Source of the DNA: Candidatus Latescibacterota bacterium
GTDB lineage: Bacteria; Latescibacterota; CBDEFO01
Assembly (NCBI GenBank): GCA_965248755.1
Contig: OZ252149.1
Coordinates: forward strand, 864,001-928,000
Direction: 5' to 3'
DNA length: 64,000 nt
Position numbers and translations under genes: made by a program. The notes beneath the pieces are model-generated. The model saw nothing but the letters and a program-made list of their open reading frames with translations. It made no database searches and was not told the origin of the DNA. Positions 29,927-38,552 of the stretch are shown in pieces. Every line of letters begins with the position of its first letter. The first letter of the stretch is position 1.

Positions 29927-32900
29927 ATACTCCTCCTACTTCGGTCAAGTGCATATTAACATTCGGCGCCCTCTTGTTTGGATCGCTAAAGTAACTCACT
30001 AAGCCAGAGATATTAAACCCTACAGACGTTGCGAGAAACGGCGACCAAGAAGCACTGGCATCAGTTGCCGTGTTGTTGGTCAGATTGACAGGGTTTGTCC
30101 CATCAGCATTCATCGCGTAGATTTCAGCGAGGCCATCACGGGTTGAATAAAAGGCGATCTTCGTCCCGTCTGGCGACCAGAAAGGCCCTTCGTCACGCGC
30201 CGTGTTGTTGGTCAGTCGTGTCTGCTTGGTCCCGTCTGCGTTCATCACGTAGATCTCGAAGTTGCCATCGCGATCGGACCTGAAAGCCATCTTCGTCCCA
30301 TCAGGGGACCAAGAAGGATCGCAGTCAAACGCTGTGTTGTTAGTCAGATTGACTGGGTTTGTTCCATCGGCGTTCATCACATAGATCTCGAAGTTGCTAT
30401 CACGGAATGAACAAAAGGCGATCTTCATCCCATCCGGTGACCAAGAAGACCGGTTGTCCTCCGCTGGGTTGTTGGTCAGATTGACAGGGTTCGTCCCGTC
30501 TGCGTTCATCACGTAGATTTCTCTGTTGGCATCACGATCTGGATCAAAGGCAATCTTGGTGTTAGTAGAAAGGTCACCATACCCGAATCTATTAAAGAGC
30601 GTGTCCTCCTGACCATCAGGATATGTGACTATTATACTCACAGTGCCGGCAGGATGAGTGGGAGTTGTAGCGGAAATTGTATCAGGGGATACTACGACTA
30701 TACCTGTGGCTGGGCTACTATCGAAACTAACGGTCCCACCACTCTGGAAATTGCTTCCTGTAATCGTCACACCCGTCCCGCCTGCTACTGGACCAGCAAG
30801 GGGACTAATGGAGGTCACAACAGGAGAAGCAGGTGGAGAGGAGAGGAACGGCGACCAAGAAAGGTTCTGGTCACCTGCCGTGTTGTTGGTCACACGTGTC
30901 TGGTTTCCCCGTCTGCGTCCATAATGTAGATTTCCCAGTTGCCATCGCGGGCTGACCGAAACGCGATCTTCGTCCCGTCAGGCGACCAGGAAGAGTACAG
31001 GTCATACGCCGGGTTGTTGGTCAGCCGTGTCTGGTTGGTCCCGTCTGCATCCATCACGTATATCTCCCGATTGCCATCTCGGTCTGACCAAAATGCGATC
31101 TTCGTCCCATCAGGTGACCAAGAAGGATTCGCGTCAAGCGCCGGGTTGTTTGTCAGGTTGATTTGGTTTGTCCCATCTGCATTCATCACGTAGATTTCAT
31201 CGTTGCCATCGCGCTTTGACATAAAGGCGATCTTCGTCCCGTCAGGCGACCAGGAAGAGTACAGGTCATACGCCGGGTTGTTGGTCAGCCGTGTCTGGTT
31301 GGTCCCGTCTGCATCCATCACGTATATCTCCCGATTGCCATCTCGGTCTGACCAAAATGCGATCTTCGTCCCATCAGGTGACCAAGAAGGATTCGCGTCA
31401 AGCGCCGGGTTGTTTGTCAGGTTGATTTGGTTTGTCCCATCTGCATTCATCACGTAGATTTCATCGTTGCCATCGCGCTTTGACATAAAGGCGATCTTGG
31501 TGTTAGTAGAAAGATCACCAAATCCAAATCCATACTTAAGCGTGTCTGTCTGACCGTCGGGATTTGTGACTATCACGTCCACAGTCCCAGCAGGATAAGC
31601 GGGAGTCGTAGCAGTAATGGTATCCGAGGACACAAATATCACACCTGTGGCTGCGGTACCATCGAAAGTAACAGTCGCACCATCTTGGAAGTTGCTCCCT
31701 CTTATCGTCACAGCCGTGCCTCCTGCCACCGGACCAGCAAGGGGACTAATAGATGCCACAACAGGAGAAGAAGGTGGAGAAGATAGGAACGGCGACCAAG
31801 AAGGATTTCGGTCCTCCGCCGGGTTGCTGGTCAGCCGTGTTGGGTTTGTCCCGTCGGCGTTCATCACGTAGATTTCACCGTTACCATCGCGGAATGACTA
31901 AAATGCAATTTTCGTCCCATCAGGTAACCAAGAAGGAACTTCTTCCTGCGCCGTGTTATTGGTCAGATTGACAGGGTTTGTCCCGTCGGCGTTCATCACG
32001 TATATCTCATGGTTGCCATCTCGGTATGACGAAAAGACGATTTTCGTCCCATCAGTTGACCAAGAAGGACTATTGTCCTCCGCCGGGTTGTTAGTCAACC
32101 GTGTTGGGTTTGTCCCGTCTGCATCCATGACGTATATTTCCCTGTTGCCATCGCGCTCTGACAAAAAGGTGATCTTGGCCCTATCAGGTGACCAAGAAGG
32201 AAGGGCATCAACCGCCGTGTTGTTGGTCAGATTGACTTGATTTGTCCCGTCTGCGTTCATGACGTAGATTTCAGGGTTGCCATCGCGCTCTGACAAAAAG
32301 GTGATCTTGGCCCTATCAGGTGACCAAGAAGGAAGGGCATCAACCGCCGTGTTGTTGGTCAGATTGACTTGATTTGTCCCGTCTGCGTTCATGACGTAGA
32401 TTTCAGGGTTGCCATCGCGGCTTGACCGAAAGATGATCTTCGTCCCGTCTGGTGACCAAGAACCGCCGGGTTGTTGGTTAGATTGACTTGGTCTGTCCCA
32501 TCTGCGTTCATCATGTAGATTTCATTGTTACCATCGCGCTTTGAATCAAAGGCAATCTTGGTGTCCGTAGAAAGATCACCAAACCCAAACCTATTAAAGA
32601 GCGTGTCCGCCTGACTGTCAGAATTTGTGACTATCACGTTCACAGTGCCCGCAGGATGAGCGGGAGTCGTAGCAGTAATGGTATCCGAGGACACAAATAT
32701 CACACCTGTGGCTGCGGTACCATCGAAAGTAACAGTCGCACCATCTTGGAAGTTGCTCCCTCTTATCGTCACAGCCGTGCCTCCTGCCACCGGGCCAGCA
32801 AGAGGGCTAATAGATGTCACAGCAGGAGGAGGTGTCACAAGAAACGGCGACCAAGAAGCACTGGCGTCACTCGCCGTGTTGTTGGTCAACCTTATGGGGT

Positions 32901-33321
32901 TTGTCCCGCTCGCGTCCATCACGTAGATTTCAGTGTTGCCATCGCGATTCGACAGGAAAGTAATCTTCGTCCCGTCCGGTGACCAAGTAGGAATCTTGTC
33001 ATCTGCCGTGTTGTTGGTCATCCGTGTCTGGGTTGACCCGTCGGCGTTCATCACGTAGATCTCATAGTTGCCATCGCGGCCTGACCCAAAGGCGATCTTG
33101 GTGTTGGTAGATAGATCCACCATACCCGAATCTGTTAAAGAGCGTGTCTGCCTGACTGTCGGGATTTGTAACTATCACGTCCACAGTGCCAGCAGGATGA
33201 GCGGGAGTTGTGGCAGTAATGGTATCGGGGGATACTACGACCACACCTGTGGCTGGACTACCATCAAAATTAACAGTCACTCCACTCTGGAAATTACTCC
33301 CCGTTATCGTCACAGACGTAT
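29927..33321 (-). pseudogene. Multi-module IPT/TIG plus TolB-like (PD40) beta-propeller surface protein, fragmented and truncated by IS at both ends
   Basis: Repeated [25 protein letters not shown] units alternate with IPT/TIG domains; frameshifts near 33120, 32460 and 30900; in-frame TAG at 31898-31900. Confidence 0.85.
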
Positions 33322-33863
33322 CATACCGCTCCCCTTGACAGAGCGACAAAGAATTTGCAAATTGGGGTTTGAGAAGGGAGGTTAAGATGTCAATCCCCGA
33401 AGTGAAAGATGGTAAGCGCTGAACGGCGACCCGTAAGGCAGAGGTGGTGTTGGCTCTTTTGAAAGGAGCAGATGTATCAGGGGTGTGTCGGAAGAGTGGA
33501 ATTAGCCAGTAGCAGGCGTACGCTTGGCGTGATAGTTTTTTCGAGGGAGGCCAGGAGAGTCTGAAGCCTCGGTGTGGTCGCAAGGACCCGAAGGAGCAGG
33601 AGGTTGGCCCCGATAGAATCAATCGGGGATTGGAACGGTGTTGTAGAGCGTTTCTTCAGGACCCTCAAGCAAGAGTGTGTCTGGGTTCACAATTTTGAGT
33701 CCTTTGAACAGGCTGAAGTAATTATATCCCAATGGATCGATGACTATAACAAGAACCGGCTTCATTCATCCCTGGGGTATAAGACCCCAGAAGAGTGGAG
33801 AAACCAATTTTATCTGCTACCCCAAGTTGCTTAATTGATGTCGCTTTCCAGGGGCGCACTACA
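33322..33863 (+). mobile_element. IS3-family element, copy 3, internally deleted (542 bp)
   Basis: Both ends kept (CATACCGCTCCCC...GCGCACTACA); orfA has stop codons; about 740 bp missing. Confidence 0.92.
33608..33628. repeat. 21-bp palindrome at the IS3 deletion junction
   Basis: CCCCGATAGAATCAATCGGGG joins orfA sequence directly to late orfB sequence. Confidence 0.95.
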
Positions 33864-34350
33864 AAAAGCTACAATAAAATTCTTGACATGCATAAAGAGA
33901 TACTATTATTTTAGCTCAACTTATCTTTGGTATGTAGCGCTGACTATGATTTCACGGGTTGTAGTACAAGCTATACCAATTGTAATATAATATGTTGTGC
34001 CAACAGTACAACCATTCTTAGAGCTTAATATGGCGAATAGCGGGTAATATTTCTTGACGAAAGTTATGGATGAATGTATCTTATGTGACTGTACGGGGAC
34101 CTATTCTGATGGGTAGACTCCATAGCGCGGCAAAGGTGAGACGGACAATACTGCCGTTTTTGATTTAGGTCTGGCCGCGAAGGAATCATGAGGGAATTCA
34201 GGAGTGCTCATTACGTTTTATGACCAGTACATCCTGCCTGGAGACTACGGTGATGACTACAGAGAGTGAAAGGCCTGAGCCTGAACAACGTCGAGCTGTG
34301 AGGAGGCGTAGGTCAGGTTTTTCGGATAATGAGATGCAGCACGCAAAGTA

Positions 34351-35320
34351 ATGTCAAGCTGGATATAGAAGACGAAGAAATCGGCCTCATGCACATCGAC
34401 TGCACCGACTTCGCTCCTTTACCCTGGCCGAGCGCATCCGGCACTTAGAGGTGGAGGGCCACGTTGTGCTGCCCGATGTGCTCGACGTCCCACAGATTAA
34501 AAGACTCAAGGCCGAACTGTCCGACGTACCTATGCAGCACAAGGACTACAGCGAGGCCCAGACCTATGCCATGGGACCTCAGTGGCTGAGTGCCGCCGCC
34601 GCTGTCCGATCTGATCGGGTATCCGCCCATCATCGAGTTCCTAGAGCCCTTGATGGGCCTGAGACCGTGTTCACCCACGGGCTCTTTATCCGCACCATGG
34701 CCTGTTGCGACAGGAACACACCATCCCAAGACGCGGCCAGCCAAGTCGGCATCACAGCTAGAACGAACTCTATGAGGACAACACCCACACCGCTGAACAT
34801 CAGCCAGGTACCGCAACTATTTTTCGACAGCTACATGATCGAGATGGTCAACTTTGTCACGCGGATGATGCACAAACCGAGGAAGCACGGTGAGAATCCG
34901 CTTGTGAGAAAGGACAGGCCGTGGGAAAAGGTCGTGTTCGTCCGCACCAACACCTGGAACGTGCATTGGGATGAACAGGAGCAACTGTTCAAGTTCTGTT
35001 ACGAGGACATAGGCTTTGACTATGAAGCATTCATGAGTATGGAACCGTCCGCAGACAACCTGCTGCACTGGGACTTCCACAAGACCTGCGACCACCGGTT
35101 ACTGTACGCGGAATCGAGTGACGGCATCCATTGGGAAAAGCCGGAGCTAGACTTCCGGAGCCTCGCCGGGCGGAAGACAAACATCTGCATGGACAATGAG
35201 CGGTACGGCAAGGTGCACGCCTACTCCGTCCTGTTGGACCCGTTCGAGACCTAGGAGGCCTACCGCTACAAGGCGATCTACTGGACCTAGAAGGCTGGTC
35301 CAGACGAGGCGAGAATCGCT
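34351..35320 (+). pseudogene. Decayed chimera: phytanoyl-CoA dioxygenase-like fragment followed by a beta-propeller glycoside hydrolase-like fragment
   Basis: EGHVVLPDVL...EFLEPLMG across a frameshift, then QLFFDSY, KHGENPL, YAESSDGIHWEKPEL with in-frame stops; limits approximate. Confidence 0.5.
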
Positions 35321-35441
35321 ACGGCGTCCCGCCCTCGGTTAGGCGATGACCTTTTTTGGTTCAACCAAATTTACAGAAATTTACGGACTCAATCGTAAAT
35401 GAGGGTTATCACTACAACTAACCAAAAGGAGGTAATCAAAA

Positions 35442-36110
35442 ATGGGAAAGGGAATGTTTTCTCGCGCAGTTGACATCACTAAAGCCAACATCAATGTGCT
35501 TTTGGACGGGGCTGAGGACCCTGAGAAGATGATCAAGCAGATGGTGATAGATATGGAGGCGGCGGTAAATAAGTCCACTTCGTCTGTGGGAGTGGCTATC
35601 GCTAACGAGAAGAGATTGGAAAGGGAGTACGAAAATAAGAAGAAGCAGGCGGAAGAGTGGGAGAGGAAGGCGATGTTAGCTGTAGAAAAGGGAAACGACG
35701 ACCTCGGCAGAAAAGCCCTGGAAAGAAAGACTGCGCTGACTACGGAGGCGGATGATCTTTCGCCTGTCCTGGAGGAGGCAAGAAATACATCCAGGTATTT
35801 AAGGGCTCAGCTGGATCAGTTGAAGACAAAGCTTGAGGAGGCTCGTGTTCGTCAGGGCACTCTCATAGCCAGGCATAGAGCGGCGCAGGCAAAAAAAGAG
35901 CTCGCTCAAAGCGTCTCAGGACTGGGAGGAGACGCCTTTGCCAGCTTTGACAGATTCGAACAGAAGATCGAAACTTCCGAGTCCGAAGCTGATGCTCACG
36001 CTGAGCTTGCAGGAGAAGACTCGCTGGATGACGAGTTTGCCAAGCTTGAGCAGGAAGGCAGTGCGGACAATGAGCTTGTAGCTTTGAAGGAAAAGATGAA
36101 GAAAAAGTAG
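35442..36110 (+). CDS. pspA: PspA/IM30-family protein
   Basis: MFSR...KANIN.LLD.AEDPEKMIKQ, coiled coil, AGGAGG RBS. Confidence 0.92.
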   Translation: MGKGMFSRAVDITKANINVLLDGAEDPEKMIKQMVIDMEAAVNKSTSSVGVAIANEKRLEREYENKKKQAEEWERKAMLAVEKGNDDLGRKALERKTALTTEADDLSPVLEEARNTSRYLRAQLDQLKTKLEEARVRQGTLIARHRAAQAKKELAQSVSGLGGDAFASFDRFEQKIETSESEADAHAELAGEDSLDDEFAKLEQEGSADNELVALKEKMKKK

Positions 36111-36131
36111 ATGCGCAAGGCTCAATAAATT

Positions 36132-36255
36132 GTGAAACCACGTCGAGCTACTGCCTTTGGCGCGGCTGAACATCCAAGGTCGGGGCTTCAAATCCCGCCC
36201 TTGGATGTTGCCCTCCACCACTCACGAGTGGCGGTATTCTGCCATAATGTTTATA
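36132..36255 (-). repeat. Non-coding element A, possible IS200/IS605-derived miniature element
   Basis: Shares both ends with 37420-37596; hairpin CCACTCACGAGTGG; minus strand ends in TTCAC. Confidence 0.5.
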
Positions 36256-36354
36256 GAAGATACAGTCGTTTGACTGTAATCCGTGCCTTCGTCGTTGTGA
36301 AGCCCTAATGCGTAGTGGTTGAACCACATTTCTTTCATTACAAGGAGGTCAAGC

Positions 36355-37419
36355 ATGTATTTGCGTGGGACCGTTTCGATCAATCTTAAAGGGACGCAAG
36401 TACAACTCATGCTGCCCAAAGATTTTTTCGGCGGTGTGGCGAATCTAATCAGAAAAGGTTCATGGTTAGATACCGATTCACGAGTTCAACAGGAAACGTT
36501 TAAGCTGATGGCTGTGGTGCAATCAACGAATGAGGTACTGCGGGAGTGTGGTGTCGATAATGTGGTGCGAGTTGCGATTGGAGATACGGTCATCTACGAG
36601 GACTTTGAGAATGTTCCCAACGACCTTGATCTAGCGATGGAGGCGTTGCAGCATAAGGTGAAAGAGGGGCTGGAGCTAGGGTATCTGGATCGGTTCGACT
36701 ATATCCTAAAACGCGATGACGGTGTCCTCAGTTACGTCATTGACTTTGACATCTACCGACAACACCGTCCAGACGTGGATCCGATCGTCATCCACATCAC
36801 AGGGTTGAGCTCCGAATTGAAGCGCAACCGTGACGAATCAACGGAAGCCTATTCCGCTCGGAGGGAACGCTTTTTTGCTTCCCAAGAAGCTTTCGACCAA
36901 TTCGGCCAGCGTTTGGAAACACACTTTGAGGAATTTCTGAACCGGATCAAAGAGGGCTTTAAGCGCCGATTAGGCATCGAAGGTATCCAGGTAGAAACAG
37001 AAACGCGCATCGTGAGAAAGCAGAGAAGTGTTGAAGCACGAGATTATGAAGAGTATATTGACTACGGATACCCCTTCTACGGCTATGACTCGGAGTCGGA
37101 CTTGTACTACCTCTGGTATTGGCACAATTTAACGGAAGCCCAAGCGTTACACCAGAGTAATTTTACCTATGTAGAGCCGAGCGGCGGCATAATCGCAGAG
37201 GTGGCAGAGGAGAGTTGGGGTAGCAGTGATGTTGAACAGTTTGATGGGATCTCTATCGCGGAGGGCACCGATGCCAGTGGAGTTTCGATTGACACTGGGG
37301 CAACCGTGATCGGTTCCGGTAGCGTGGAAGGGACGGAATCAATTGGAGATATCACTTCCGATAGCGGGGGATGGCTGGACTCAATCGGAGATTTAGATAT
37401 TGGAGGTTTCGATTTTTGA
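36355..37419 (+). CDS. Hypothetical protein with acidic Gly/Ser-rich tail
   Basis: AGGAGG RBS before ATG 36355; long open frame; no recognised motif. Confidence 0.75.
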   Translation: MYLRGTVSINLKGTQVQLMLPKDFFGGVANLIRKGSWLDTDSRVQQETFKLMAVVQSTNEVLRECGVDNVVRVAIGDTVIYEDFENVPNDLDLAMEALQHKVKEGLELGYLDRFDYILKRDDGVLSYVIDFDIYRQHRPDVDPIVIHITGLSSELKRNRDESTEAYSARRERFFASQEAFDQFGQRLETHFEEFLNRIKEGFKRRLGIEGIQVETETRIVRKQRSVEARDYEEYIDYGYPFYGYDSESDLYYLWYWHNLTEAQALHQSNFTYVEPSGGIIAEVAEESWGSSDVEQFDGISIAEGTDASGVSIDTGATVIGSGSVEGTESIGDITSDSGGWLDSIGDLDIGGFDF

Positions 37420-37596
37420 GTGAAGCCACGTTGAGCCACCGCCTTCGGCACCGCTCAACATAGCCACTCCGCAGGCGGAGCTTCAAACTCCGCACTTGGC
37501 CAAAGGGGAACAATTCCCCTTTGGAAACCCCAGAGTAAAAACAAATGGCATTCATCCGCCACTTATGAGTGGCGGTATTCTGCCAAAATCTTTATA
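37420..37596 (-). repeat. Non-coding element B, related to element A
   Basis: GTGAAGCCACGTTGAGC...CCGCCACTTATGAGTGGCGGTATTCTGCC with several internal hairpins. Confidence 0.5.
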
Positions 37597-37789
37597 AACG
37601 AGTGGGACATGTGGGCTTGGAGGTAAAGCCCAAAAACTTCCGAACCCGATTCTATTGACGACATTTGAACCGTTTTACCTCGACATGAGCAGAAATAATT
37701 ATCAGGAGTAACCACATTGGCACGTTTGGCTTCTGTCCTGTCGTCATCCAATGAATGATGCCGTCCGTACTCATCACATAACCCCACAC

Positions 37790-38030
37790 GCGGCTGAAGA
37801 GGATCTGCGTGGCTTCGGCGGTGTAAAACAAGATCGCCACCGTCGCTGGTTTGTGCACCGTGGGGCGTGAAGAAGACGCGTTTGTTGTTGTCGCGGAAGA
37901 CCTTCAACATTCTCTCAAGGTTGGAAACCATCGTTTCGACACGTTTGAGGAATACCTTTTGCAGCTCTGGACTGCGTCGTTGCACTGTGTGAGCCAGGTG
38001 CCCGTCGGTGTCGATCAATTAGGTGTGAGC
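37790..38030 (-). pseudogene. Possible cysteine hydrolase/isochorismatase-like remnant
   Basis: MVSNLERMLKVFRDNNKRVFFT resembles this family; no intact start or end. Confidence 0.35.
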
Positions 38031-38330
38031 ATACAATATAAAATAGTGGATGTCAATAGAGAATTGCGAAGGACCAGAGCATTATGTTTTCACTCTGGAA
38101 GTGAGAAAGCGTCGATTAGTCTGGATACGTTACTTAGCTCATACCTGCGGACGTATCTGTGAAAACTAAATGGCCATAGGTAGATTTGTCAAAGACTCTT
38201 CTACTAAATTTCTACTGGAATAAGCCAAAACACAGTGAAAAACAAAGAAACACCGTAAAAGGTGAGAGGCTGTTAGGCTAAATAAAGTAAAGAGTTAGGG
38301 AACAACAGGAAACACGAGGAGAAAACATTT

Positions 38331-38380
38331 TGGGTCTCCGGAACCAAAAGTCGCGCGTTCGAATCTCGCATAGCTCTCCA
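38331..38380 (+). other. 3' half of tRNA-Arg(CCG), degenerate; likely att-site remnant
   Basis: GGT-CTCCGGA-ACC anticodon arm, GCGCG-TTCGAAT-CTCGC T arm, terminal CCA; no D arm or 5' acceptor strand. Confidence 0.7.
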
Positions 38381-38552
38381 TCCATAACGACCTGTAATAC
38401 AATGGCTTACAGGGCTTATTTAATTTTTGAATTTCTCTAACTTTTTGCTTCTGGGGATACTATGGGGATTGTTTTCTTCCAGTTGTTCCTATATAACGTC
38501 TTGATGCGGGACGTTATGACGCTTCAAAACCACAGGGATACAAGGAAGCTGA

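Noticed and set aside
56..33863. Inversion between oppositely oriented IS3 copies 1 and 3
   Set aside because: Swapped flanks match only 3 of 4 bases and rejoining them does not restore a reading frame.
34100..34200. Riboswitch or structured RNA in the intergenic region
   Set aside because: Some pairing potential, but no family consensus I can recognise; an Rfam cmscan would be needed.
38331..38380. Functional tRNA gene
   Set aside because: No 5' half, and mismatches in the stems.
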